From positions 129,828,001 to 129,892,000 of the forward strand of contig NC_043000.1 in NCBI RefSeq assembly GCF_006345805.1: a DNA stretch of 64,000 bases, given 5' to 3'. The stretch comes from Octopus sinensis. Its lineage: Eukaryota. The translations under genes and the position numbers were made by a program. This document shows, piece by piece, positions 1 to 12,037 of this stretch. A model generated the notes under the pieces. The model searched no databases. It saw nothing but the letters and a program-made list of their open reading frames with translations, and was not told the origin of the DNA. The first letter of the stretch is position 1, and each line of letters starts with the position of its first letter.

Positions 1-165
1 CCTTCCTCTTCAGATGGAATCTGAAGATGTTCGTTAGGGGGGTGCCAGAGGTCATGGTGTCTGACATTACACCTTTCACTCTGGTCTTCCATATAACCTC
101 TTTCGCAACTGCTACTACCACGAGAAAGCAATGCTTACCTTCGTTCGTCATGAAACCAGGCGGGT
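1..165 (-). mobile_element. Tx1/L1-clade LINE ORF2 C-terminal remnant
   Basis: Minus strand translates as PPGFMTNEGKHCFLVVVAVAKEVIWKTRVKGVMSDTMTSGTPLTNIFRFHLKRK, resembling the LVAVAKxVIWxTR...FxxHL end of Tx1-like ORF2; runs off the window edge. Confidence 0.55.
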
Positions 166-556
166 CGTGTGTATATGTGTGTAATGTAGGAAGGAGGGAA
201 TATAGCATCACCACACCCTTGCCTCCTGAGTTTCATTTTCCATACAGTATATGCGATTCTTTGTTTACTCATCTACTGTACACCACGTATTTTCTTTTAA
301 TATATTTTAATTAATGTGTCATACTGTATTCTGCTCTATTATTATTTATTAATTTACTAATTTTTAGGCTTGAAAGTGCTTATATTACTACAGAAATAAT
401 TAAAATATAAAAAAATATAAATACATGTCGGTCGCAGAAACCCGCAATATACTGAAGAGTCCGCAATATAAATTTACATATATTAGCCAGAAAAATCCGC
501 AATGTATTGAGTGCGCGATAGTTGAAACTCGATTTGGCGATGGTTTACTGTACACA

Positions 557-613
<57 letters not shown>

Positions 614-844
614 AACCACAGCGATATCCGTTTGGCAGCTGAATATGAAGATACATATTTGTTATGCTTATTTGTGGATTTTCATATCATTGTCTCGTTA
701 TTCTAAATTCTCCTTCATTGTAGCAAAGTGGAAAGCGTTTGTAGTTTTAAGGTTTGGAGAGATAAGTTGCTGTGTCAATAGTTGTTTTTCTTTCGCTTAG
801 ATAATGCATATATACTGGTGTCTAGCATCGGGCGGTTCTTTGGC

Positions 845-882
<38 letters not shown>

Positions 883-887
<5 letters not shown>

Positions 888-1085
888 ATCCAAACAAGAA
901 AACACAACACTGCGAGGACGTGGAACAAATATAGTATTATTGGACGCTCAGGAAAGAAGGGAAGAAGGAGGGTTTAACGTTTCGAGCGGAGCTCTTCGTC
1001 AGAAACAGGAGAAAGAAAGATCCCGAGAAGGAAAGACAGAGGAAAAAAATCGCCAACGGTACACACGAGGTCACATTTTGAAATA
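883..1085 (-). mobile_element. Short PLE-derived repeat (family H1) carrying a minimal hammerhead motif
   Basis: About 200 bp shared with 25915-26101 and 59380-59590 (tgtgacc...tttttcctc...gagctccg...gaaacgt...tcctgagcg...tgttccacgt...gtttggat); abuts (TA)n. Confidence 0.6.
972..1006 (-). ncRNA. Minimal type I hammerhead ribozyme motif
   Basis: Minus strand reads GUUU-CUGACGA-A-GAGC ucc GCUC-GAAA-CGUU-AAAC: helix I GUUU/AAAC, core CUGANGA, helix II 4 bp, GAAA, palindromic AACGUU in place of helix III. Confidence 0.55.
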
Positions 1086-2974
1086 CATATATATATGTAT
1101 GTATGTATGATAGAAAATCAATATTATTGATCTGTAATTGCTTCTCTATATGAAATATTAGCAATTTATAAAATTTATTACTCACAGGTTTATGTAATTG
1201 AATACATATTAGAGGCTTGTAAAGACAAGTGTCCACTGATATATATGTTTACGCCTATCTATCTATTTATCTATCTATTTATCTATCTATTATCTATCTA
1301 ACTATCTATCACTTGCGTGTCAGTCACATTCAGATTAAACACATGCATTAGAATATAATATAATTAAGAAAGTGAGCTTCGATAGTAAGACACATTCATG
1401 CAATACGAACTAAAATGGAAGTACTTTTACATGTACACACATTAGACTGGCACAAATAGACGCACGAATATACACACATGCACCACACCTCAAGAGAAAA
1501 ACATTAGCACAATACGGTACCGAGAAAAGTTTGCACACACCCAACAACAGAAAAGAACCCACAATGCTGTACACTCCCCAGCATCACAGAAGTGCAACAG
1601 GCGATACAGCAGAAATTAGCCTCAATGTTTGTGCGTGTATGTGTGTATGTGTTAGCATGAATTGTATACTTTATTATACATTGAAGTCCGGAGGACGTGT
1701 GACGTTTTGTCATTGTTATTAGTTGGTATGTGACATAAATACCTTTGAGTCTAGCCTGCAATGGCGTCGTAATCTTAGCTTGAATACTTGCTTAATCTAC
1801 GTTTCTTTCAATATATATTGCTAATATAAAAAGAAATTTTAGTTTCTAGTGATACATTCATAGACATTCACAGTCACAAATATATGTAAATTAGAATATT
1901 AATGCCTCTTTGATGTTTTGTTAGTCTTCATCCAGAAAAGAAAAAGATATATACAAATTCAAGTTTTGCAAAAAAAAAAAAAACAAAAAAAAATGAAAAA
2001 AACTGGCGTCAAATTCCGGTAGAAAGAACAATTTCTATACTTCAGCAAATGTTAAAAGAAATTACTGCTGGAATTGTAAATGGATTTAATTTTGTTAAAG
2101 AATTTACAAATACAGCCAGACATTACAGATTTCTATATCTTATGAATCTTTTATTGTCTCTGTGGAAAGCAATTAAACAATAAGAAGAGAAAAACGAAAC
2201 AAAAAACTAATTCAGTTATAAAAGCCATAAATAACGTCTAAATACTTTTAATTCCTACAGATCGTTTCAGAGGCTGTGGTTTTGAACATAGATGTAAATG
2301 GTTGATATTGGCTCTTGAAATTATCAGTACGTCAGTAGCTTTGTGTTGTAATTATTGCTTACTAAGCAGAATAGCAGAGGGAAGTGTGATTTTATAATAT
2401 AAATGTAAGAAGTTGAACAAGTATTGATAATATTGGATTTAGGCTCAGGGCCAAGACTTATATGATGTTAGAAATGCCACAGCTATTCTATAAGGGAAAC
2501 AAAATTAAATGATCCTAATGAAGAAGTGAAAATATTTCAACAGGAGAATACTCGTATGTTGTATCTCACTTGCCTCTCAAACATGTATATTTGGGTTCTA
2601 TAATAAGTATTTGAGCATGTCATCCATTAGAATTTTGAACTAAAATTGAACTTAATATCGATGTTTTTCACTAGAAACCGTTGCGCTTAACTTACAAATG
2701 AAGCAGTTGAAACCAAAATTAGACAGTTTATGTAATCAAATCTTGTCACAACTTGGATTACAGCTAATTAGTCCACTTAGTGGTGTGCCACGAAGTGGAT
2801 AGAACTATAAGCAATAGCCTGTAATACATTGTTAAAAACCACTGGGACGGACTAAATCCCGGAAGTCACCTTCATATAGCCTTCAGCTATTTTCTCTGCA
2901 AGACTGGTGTTTGATCCAAGCTATTATTAATTGGTGTATCCACGGTTTCAATAATATTGTATATAGTTTACTTG

Positions 2975-3290
2975 TTTCAGTAAACGATATACAATACGTG
3001 AGGGGTTTTAGGCGGTCCCAGTTATGTTAAAGTTTGGTACTTATTCTATAGATCTGTTTTGCCGAACCACAGAGTTACGTGGACGTAAACGAACCAAAAA
3101 CCAATTGTCAAGCGGTGGTCAGGGACAAACGCAAACGCGATGACACACACACACGCCCACACGTACGCACACACCCATACACGAAAACACACACACACAC
3201 ACACACACGACAGAATTCTTTCAGTTTCAGTCTATCAAATCCGCTCACAATACATGCCAGCGGCAGAAACAATATTGCCGTGAAGATCTG
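2975..3290 (-). mobile_element. Decayed SINE family A copy
   Basis: Degenerate matches to family A motifs (tttacttgtttcagt, gtacttattctat, ttttgccgaacc, ttctttcagtttc...caaatccgctcacaa). Confidence 0.55.
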
Positions 3291-4859
3291 CACTTATACT
3301 TTGCCTTTCACTAAATATGACAAATCTTTGCAACACAGACTACCATCAGTCTTCTTGCATTGTCTTAAATGTTAATCCTTTGTAGTTTTATTATCTTTTA
3401 AAACAGTTTTAATGTAGCTTTAATCGTCGCAAAATTGTATAATGATAGTTAATTACAAATATACTTTTATTAGTTCTTAATTTATAGTTTTTATTAGTTT
3501 CTGGTAAGTTTGCATTATAGCTTGTAAGGGTAATATATATATTAAGAGTATCTAGTGCTTTTATAATTAACTTTTGAATTATGAAGCAATATGTATTTCA
3601 CTCATAATTATTATATTATTCATAAAATGCAATCGCGGTTTTGTTTTGAAGAGAACTGAAACAAATCTTTCACTTTCTGTTATTATAGTAGTAACTATGG
3701 AAGACTGGTGGGGTTAGTATCTGTATGGACTTAAAGATTGGTCGCTGTTTAATATATAATTTAGTATTTGTAGGTTTACTATTTATACCGATACAGATGT
3801 ACATAGATTTATGTATTTCTTGTTGTTTAATTTTAAAGTTAGTGTTTAATCCTAACTATATTTGATTGAATACTGTTGTACATGGGGTAAGTGTGTTTGA
3901 AAGTTGTGTGTTTTGTTTTTTGGTATGTTTGTTCTCAAACAACACTTCTTTTAGTGCTGTTGCCACCGCTGGATTGAATGGTACTGCCCAGGTGTCAAAA
4001 TCATAATGATATCCATGAGACAACTGATGATGGATTCTTGGTATGGCTGTTTTTTGTATATGTGGAATAGTGTTATAATATATCCTATGGATATATATAT
4101 ATATATATATATATATTACAAATATTGCAAATATATATATATATATATATAATTAAGGGTATCTAAGAGATACCACCTTGTTAGAGATAGCACTCAAAAC
4201 ATGACTCTAAAATCACTTTATATATTCATACTGCACAAGGTGAAAAGACAATAATAATTAATAATAATTAATACTTATAAGGCTTTTATTTCCATGATGG
4301 CCACTTGATATGATCAGTATTTTAAATAACGATCTTATCCTAATTTAGAGAGAATTAATCTTTGTCTATGAAAATTATTTCTAGTCTAGTCGAATTTTAG
4401 AGATGTATTTATAATTCATCGCTCAAAGAAAATGCTAACACCAACATAGTTACATATGTGCACATACTGGTACACTAGCTTCCTACATTTTACTTATGAT
4501 AGATCAGTCACTATAATTATCTTTCTCTCTTTTCCCCCCATCGTTCACTCTCATATTTATCACGTTTTATGTATTAAAATCTTCGACATTATTTTAGTGG
4601 TCAAATGGTAGTTTTCTGGTATTCCTAAGCACACATATTTTCATCTGTCTGTTACTTTATTTCTCCATCTATCTTTCTCTCTCTAATACCATGATCTATT
4701 TGAATTGTCAATTTCATTCAAATATTTCTCTGTGGGGCTAAGCCTGTTTCTCTTTTCGCCTTTCAAACTGCCTGTCTGCCAAACTTTACGAAGCTGGCTG
4801 TAATAATGTTTGTTGTAACTTCTTTGCGTTCTATTGTATTTCTTCATCTATATCACTCT

Positions 4860-5125
4860 CTCTTCACACAATCAAGCGTACACGCAAAAAACTCCTCCTC
4901 CTCCTTCTCTTCCACTTCTCCTTGTCCACTTCTTCTGCTCCTCTTCTTTCTTCATCATCCTCCTCATCATAACCAATGACATAACCTTCTTCATTCTCCT
5001 CCTCCTCATCAACATAATCATAACCGTCTTCATTCTCTTCATAATCATCAACATCATCATTATCATCATCCCTTGCTTCTTTGTCTACTCCTCCCCCTTC
5101 TTCTTCTTCTTCTGCTTCTTCAACA
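4860..5125. repeat. Low-complexity (TCC/TCA/TTC)-rich tract
   Basis: Degenerate trinucleotide repeats visible directly; source of spurious ORFs. Confidence 0.8.
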
Positions 5126-5710
5126 CCAGCACCTTTTTATTCATTTAATTTATTTCAACGATAGTTGTCGAAATAAAACAAGTGTAAGAAGAAAGCAAGA
5201 AAGGGTGAAGACAAAGTGAGGAGAATTAGAAAAAAAGAAGAAAGAAACGTTGCCAGAATTGTATGTGTATGGCAAAGGGAAGAGGGGGGGGGGGAATTAG
5301 ATGGACGACGATCTGAAAATGGAAGAAAATTTTAAAAAAAAGAAAGTGGGGCAAAAAAGATGAATGAGAACGAGGTGTAGCAGAATGAGAAGACAAAAAA
5401 GGGGAGAGTTAGAAAAAGAAATGTAAGCAGAAGTGGTTGTTGAAGAAGAAGGCAACGAGGTAGCGGAGCTTTCAGAATTACTTCCGTGTCGATTGTCGTG
5501 AAAACGGCTCAAATGAAATCAACTCCATTTTGTTTTTCAGTCCTGTTTTTTTTTTGTTTCTGACACACAGAAACCTCTTAACTGTATTAATGAAAAATGT
5601 GATTGTTTGATATTGTTGTTGTTCTTATTGTTATTGGTGGGACTGGTTTAGGTTAGGAGAAGGGTTTCTCACTGGTGGCTTGTGTTCAACAAATTTAGGT
5701 TTAAAAGAGG

Positions 5711-5764
<54 letters not shown>

Positions 5765-7368
5765 CGTGTGTGTGTTTGTGTATGTATTTGTGTATGTATG
5801 TATGTGTGTGGGGTGTTTGTGTATGTTTGTGTTAAAACAAAGATTTTCTTTGTGCGATTTTGGATTGTTTACACTTTAGGTTGATTTTCTTGGCTAAGGT
5901 TTTTTGTTTTTTTTGTATATATTTTGTCTATAGATTTTTATTTTCTTCAGCACTATTCTGGATACTATCGTTTCATTGCTGTGGCTTTTCATTGATGCCG
6001 TAGTTATTGCTATTCGTCAGAGTGTGGGCAGGGAATATTTCATTATATTTGTTTTATTACGTCAGGAACTTTAAAACTTCTGATGTTTTTTTTCCGCATC
6101 GTAGTTCCTTTTCTTGCTTCCGTTCAGATGATTTCTTATGAGTATTGTTTGTTGGTAGTTTGTTTACAATTTATTTTGATATTTTGCTTTCTTTGTTGTT
6201 TTCCTTCATTATTTTTTGCAGTTAATGTTATTGTTGCGGGTCTTCTCATATTGTTCTTTGTACTTTTATTAATTTTTGTTAATTTGAATAATTTAAAGGA
6301 TTTTCGCAACAAATAGCACTTTATTCCCTTCATATAAAAATGTGTGTATATATATATGTATATATATATACACACATGCGCAAAATATTTAGATAAAGAA
6401 AAAACACCACACATAGAAAAGTCATACATACATGATATGTGTGTGTGTGTATCTGTGTGTGTGTGTGTGTGTGTGTGTATAAGAAAATGGCGTTATATGG
6501 AGAAACTTGAAACACGAACACACTATATATGAATAAAAACTCCCTACATGCACACGTAATAATTTCTCCACTTATATTAGATATATCTTCATACTTATCT
6601 CCCAGAATATCTCACTAACCTCTGCATAAATGTGCTGGCAAATGTACACATACAAGCCCGTGTACCATGTAACAGCATACATACATAAAAGACGAGCATA
6701 CACACATATCCGAATATTTCTCACGTATAATAGTTTTTTTTTGTTTTTGTTTTAAAGAACATATATAAAACTGTATTAAAAAAATGTGTGCACAAACATT
6801 CATATATACACACATTTGTTAAATGTGAAGAATCATGTCCATGCACATATTAAAAAAAAATAACGCTACACTGTAAAGTATTTTTATTACTTTTTTATGT
6901 TACAAGAGAATTTACACAAAGAATCCCAAGAAAGAGAAGGATGAAAAAATTAGAAGTAAAATAACATTCTATGAAATTTAAAAGAATATAAATCTTTCGA
7001 ACAAGCACTATTTTCCTTTCGATATTGAAAACTATTTAGCAAATCCCAGCGATTTAGCCATCGATTATTCGTCCGTATGTGAATATGCTCGTGTGCTTAA
7101 TGCAACCAGTAAGGAGATTGATAAACTAACCAACAGCGTCGGTTGATAAACTAACCAATGGGATTGATTACAATTTCTCTCGTATTCTTCACTTTAGAAA
7201 AACCATAAAATACACACATATACACGGGAAAAATATAAAATCTAACCGCTTCATCAATTTTCTCTCGAGGTCCACACTTTATCTTGAGCTGTGCTGCCTT
7301 GTTCATTGTAATAAATCATGAGATATGAAAGCTAACATACGATCGCCGTGTAATTATAAAATTTACAG

Positions 7369-7756
7369 TGGAGACGCAATGGCCCAGTGGTGAGGGCAGC
7401 GGACTCGCGGTCATAGGATCGCGGTTTCGATTCCCAGACCGGGCGTTGTGAGTGTTTATTGAGCGAAAACACCTAAAGCTCCACGAGGCTCCGGCAGGGG
7501 ATGGTGGTGATCCCTGCTGTACTCTTTCACCACAACTTTCTCTCACTCTTTCTTCCTGTTTCTGTTGTACCTGTATTTCAAAGGTCCAGCCTTGTCACTC
7601 TCCGTGTCACGCTGAATCTCCCCGAGAACTACGTTAAGGGTACACGTGTCTGTGGAGTGCTCAGCCACTTGCACGTTAATTTCACGAGCAGGCTGTTCCG
7701 TTGATTCGGATCAACCGGAACCCTCATCGTCGTAACCGACGGAGTGCTTCCATTCC
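7369..7756 (+). mobile_element. tRNA-derived SINE, family B head with B1 tail, full length with TSD
   Basis: Pol III box A TGGCCCAGTGG and box B GGTTTCGATTCCC; 13-bp TSD ATAAAATTTACAG at 7356-7368 and 7757-7769; short TTCCA tail. Confidence 0.85.
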
Positions 7757-7896
7757 ATAAAATTTACAGGTATATCAAAATGCAGTTGTACTATCTTATT
7801 ACATTCCACACAGCAAAAGACAACAGATTTTTTAATGTGTCTGAACATAAATTAACACACAAACATTTTCACTCATACATACGCTCATACATATAT

Positions 7897-8312
7897 GAGC
7901 GCAGGAGTGGCTGTGTGGTAAGTGATAAGTAGCTTGCTAACCAGCCACATGGTTCCGGGTTCAGTCCCACTGCGTGGCATCTTGGGAAAGTGTCTTCTGC
8001 TATAGCCCCGGGCCGACCAATGCCTTGTGAGTGGATTTGGTAGACGGAAACTGAAAGAAGCCTGTCGTATATATGTATATATATATATGTGTCTGTGTGT
8101 GTTTGTGTGTCTGTGTTTGTCCCCCTAGCATTGCTTGACAACCGATGCTGGTGTGTTTATGTCCCCGTCACTTAGCGGTTCGGCACAAGAGACCGATAGG
8201 ATAAGTACTGGGCTTACAAAGAATAAGTCCCGGGGTCGATTTGCTCGACTAAAGGCGGTGCTCCAGCATGGCCGCAGTCAAATGACTGAAACAAGTAAAA
8301 GAGTAAAAAGAG
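7897..8312 (+). mobile_element. tRNA-derived SINE family A, full length
   Basis: Head gcgcaggagtggctgtgtggtaag...ggttcagtcccactgcg, internal (TA/TG)n, tail ggtgctccagcatggccgcagtcaaatgactgaaacaagtaaaaga; near-identical copies elsewhere in the window. Confidence 0.9.
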
Positions 8313-8709
8313 AGAGTATACATAAAACAACTAACAGAGACAGATATGTGTGTGCAAGCGAATTAAAAGGACACTTAAGAAATAGCATTGAGGTTAAGTA
8401 TTTATAACAACTGGATGTGACTTAGATATGCATTACTCAAAGTTTCGTAGGCGTGAGAACCACGTCGGAACGTTCGGACGTGGTTTGTACATTTACAAAC
8501 CTTGGACTAATGGAGCTCTAAGTTACATACTATTAAGCATATATAAATTAAACACTGTCACTCAGATATGATGCAGGGTATCTTGAATTTTAATTAGTAT
8601 TCTTACATTGATAAAAGGTGACATACAACATCACAACAATATGAATGACATAATCTCAGATTTAGGGACCTGACTCCTCATTGCGCTTTGGATATTGAGT
8701 TGTTAAGTG

Positions 8710-9040
8710 GTACACTGGCATGTAAGCCCTATTCGAAGTGACGAAAAGATGTTATGAACTGGAACCAGAAACTGTGACGGCGTACGATAATTAGAGGATT
8801 TATGGGTTACCCATACGGATCGACCATACAATTGATGCGAGGAGAATAATGATTGTGGATAGGCAGAAGACATTGTAAGATGTGCACGATTTTAAGGTTC
8901 AGGTGTTAGACAAAGTGATGGATACATTGTGAATACCAGGTTGAAGGATATTAGAATTGAGAAGTGATTTGTGAATTTGCAGGAAAGTAACATACAATAT
9001 TCTGCGAGAATCCTATCAAAGTTCTGTTGATTAGAGGAAA
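8710..9040 (+). mobile_element. Decayed R4/Dong-type LINE 3' end (restriction-like endonuclease region)
   Basis: Broken frames give VHWH.., PIRIDHTIDARR..IMIVDRQK and SARILSK, like PIxTDxTIxARRPDIVIVD and TARILRKVL of R4/Dong; followed by (AAT)n. Confidence 0.5.
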
Positions 9041-9103
9041 CATGCTACCACTAAACTTCGGGTAACTAACATGCTAATTAGATTAGCATGTAATAACCAT
9101 TGG

Positions 9104-9104
<1 letters not shown>

Positions 9105-9154
<50 letters not shown>

Positions 9155-9164
9155 TAATAATAAT
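9105..9164. repeat. (AAT)n microsatellite
   Basis: Direct reading. Confidence 0.95.
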
Positions 9165-9714
9165 GCCCTGATGCAGTACCAGGCAGTTGCAATCGTGGCT
9201 TCTGATCATAACTGATGAAAATGTTATTATGTACATTGTTTTGTCTTGGTATAAAAGATGGGCAACAGTAAATATTCTGCTCAATACCACAGATTTGCTT
9301 GTCAGTTGTTTGACCTTAACCAGTTGAGCATGTCCCTTAGTGGCTCACGATATGTGCATCTCTGATCATGAGCAGAAGTAGTGGGGAGCATCATAGCCAT
9401 GTGTTGAGAGGGATTCTTTGGAGTTTGAATAATTCACCTCATGAAACATGGGTATTTCGTTCAACATCTTTAAACGACCCTTATTCAGGGACCTTTTGAG
9501 AGGGATGGGTTACTCGACCAGAAGAAAATTTTAACTGGGCCCCTCCTGCAAGGTTATGCGCTGTTTACCTTGATATGAGATCACCATGTCGCACACATAT
9601 GGTTGTGATTCATGTGCCTAGTGTACCCTTATCAGACGGGTAGTCATGATAGGTATACTGGGCTTCGTATATTTTACCCCAGTGTCACTTTGATGGCATG
9701 CACTGCTCTCTCAC
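9165..9714 (+). mobile_element. ~550-bp non-coding interspersed repeat flanked by (AAT)n on both sides
   Basis: GC-richer block bounded by TAA repeats, recalled as a common octopus repeat; class uncertain (possibly a non-autonomous partner of a TAA-targeting LINE). Confidence 0.45.
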
Positions 9715-9722
9715 ATAATAAT

Positions 9723-9757
<35 letters not shown>

Positions 9758-9774
9758 CAATTGATAGACAAAAC

Positions 9775-10070
9775 TGAACTTAGAAACAGCAGGAAGAGAA
9801 AAGTAACTTAGCCATGTCATGGATCGACTATCGTAAGGCGTACGATATGAGCCCACGTTCTTGGATTATGGAGTGTATGAACCTATTTGGTATTGCATCG
9901 AATGTTGAGCGATTGCTTGGAAATAGTATGGCGAATTGGAGGACGAACCTATCAGCATATGGAAGAAGTTTAGGGACAGTAGAAATTAGGAGGGACATCT
10001 TCCAAGGGGACTGCATGTCCCCACTGATCTTTGTACTGTGCTTGATACCACTAATACTGATTCTGAGGCT
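9775..10070 (+). mobile_element. R4/Dong-clade reverse transcriptase fragment
   Basis: NLAMSWIDYRKAYDMSPRSWIMECMNLFGI...VEIRRDIFQGDCMSPLIFVLCLIPL matches WIDYxKAYDSVPHSW and IxRGIFQGDSLSP motifs; preceded by (AAT)n. Confidence 0.8.
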
Positions 10071-10944
10071 ACACATTTTGAGAGAGTGTGGCGGACAGAG
10101 AGAGAGAAGGAGAGAGCAACAGACAGAGACAGGCCATAGGAAGAAGAGAGAGTGAGAAAGAGAGATCAGAAAGAGAAAGTGAGGGTGAGAGAGCGAGAGA
10201 GATCTGAATAAGAAGGGTGAGAGAGGGAGAGAGGGAGAGAAAGAGAGAGAGAGGGAGAGCATGCATAATCAATTAAATGCAGCCAAGTATTATACTGGTA
10301 TGGACACAAAAATACCTCTAAGTCCTGTTTAAATTGCTGTTTCTGCCTTGCCAGCACGTTCAATAAAAGCCAAAAATAATGATTTCAAATTTAGGAAGAG
10401 GCCATAAATTTATGAGGATAAATCTATCTCTTATATGGAACCCGACATTGACTGCTGCTGATCCTAATTTCGTTTCATCAAGAAGGATGAAAGCAAAGTC
10501 GACCTTAGGCAGAGTTTGACTTCGGGATATAAAGGGAACATGGCAAAATACCGCTAGGCATTTGTCGATTCACTATCGATTTTTCGACTCGTCCACCTGC
10601 AGTTGCAGCAACAGGAGCAGTGGTAGTACTAGTAGTTGTAGTATAGTAATAAACAAACAGAAAAGAAGGAAATAAAATATATAAAGAAGCAATAAAAAGA
10701 AAATCAAAGTAAAGATGACTAGAGAAAAAGACGAATAATGGAAAGAAGAAAATTTAAGAAAACAAATAGAAACAAACCTCAATAATTTTCCTCTCAACTA
10801 AATAAAAATTTCGTTACGCTTCATTTAATTATGCTTTTAGCAACAAAATAACTTGTATGGAATAAAAAAACATCAAGAACCATACAAAAACAATAATATC
10901 TTCAAAAATAAATATATTGTGCGAGAAGATAGATAGATAGATAA

Positions 10945-10989
<45 letters not shown>

Positions 10990-11344
10990 AGGAGGAGAAG
11001 GCGAGATGGGAAAAGACAGAAAGAAAGAAAGAATAGGAAGAAGTAAAGAAAGAGCAAGAAAGAGAAAGAGAATTATAGAAGAGAGAGATAGAGAGGAAAG
11101 ATATATCGAGAAAGCTGACTGTTGCAAAAAGAAAGTAGAAATATTCGTAATTGGAATTACTTTAGAAAACTATCAAAACTGGATTCTTTGAATGTTTTAG
11201 AATTAACCATGCTTAACATATTAGAAAATAATGTCTTATGAGAACTTTTCCAAAAGTCACTAGCAGACGTTTTCTGATTTATTACCTAGGTATGATGTAA
11301 CAGTATATCTAAGGAGAAAATTACCCCCCCCCCACACACAGCTG

Positions 11345-11551
11345 TAACAAGGAAGTCAAACCAAATAACCGAATAATGATGTTTTGAAATGATTTAATAC
11401 GTGTGTTTCAGGTCTGCTCAATATATAATACGAAATGCATCCATTACGTAATGCCTTTGTCAGCTATTTCCTATTATGTATTACGCAGGCCTGAAACACA
11501 CGTATTAAATAATTTCAAAATATCACTATTGGGTTTGACTTCCTTATAACA
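11345..11551. repeat. Fold-back element with ~70-bp inverted arms
   Basis: aaggaagtcaaacc...ttttgaaatgatttaatacgtgtgtttcaggtctgc is the reverse complement of gcaggcctgaaacacacgtattaaataatttcaaaa...ggtttgacttcctt, with one small indel. Confidence 0.85.
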
Positions 11552-11705
11552 ACTTATACGACTAGATGCCAGTACGAATTAGCCGGTTCAGACTCCCCAT
11601 ATATGGATACCCTCACAACAACCCAGAGTAATTTGTTATATTTGAAACGAGTAAAAAATTGTGGTATCGCTTCTTAATATAGTACAATATATATATATTA
11701 TTTTA

Positions 11706-12003
11706 TTTATGCGCCCTTTTCAAGCTTAGCGAGGCTCATGGGCCCGGTTTCCCGGTTTCCCTGTTTCTATGGCGTATGTGTTCCCCCCAGTTGGACGGGA
11801 CGCCAGTCTATCGCAGCGTTACCCAAGAAACAGGAAGAAAGAGTGAGAGTAAGTTGGGGCGAAAGAGTACAACAGGGGTTGCCACCACTACCTGCCGGAG
11901 CCTCGAGGAGATTTAGGTGTTTTCGCTCAATAAACACACACAACGCCCGGTCTGGGAATCGAAACCGCGAGTCCGCTGCCCTAACAACTGGGGCATTGCG
12001 CCT

Positions 12004-12007
<4 letters not shown>
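11706..12007 (-). mobile_element. SINE with family B head and alternative B2 tail (V-domain-like)
   Basis: Same head and body as 7369-7756 up to ctctttcttcctgtttct, then gtaacgctgcgatagactggcgtcccgtccaac...agaaac; second copy at 58477-58781. Confidence 0.85.

Positions 12008-12037
<30 letters not shown>

Noticed and set aside
7369-7445. tRNA-like sequence with A and B boxes
   Set aside because: It is a SINE head continuing into SINE body sequence with a TSD; no clean cloverleaf.
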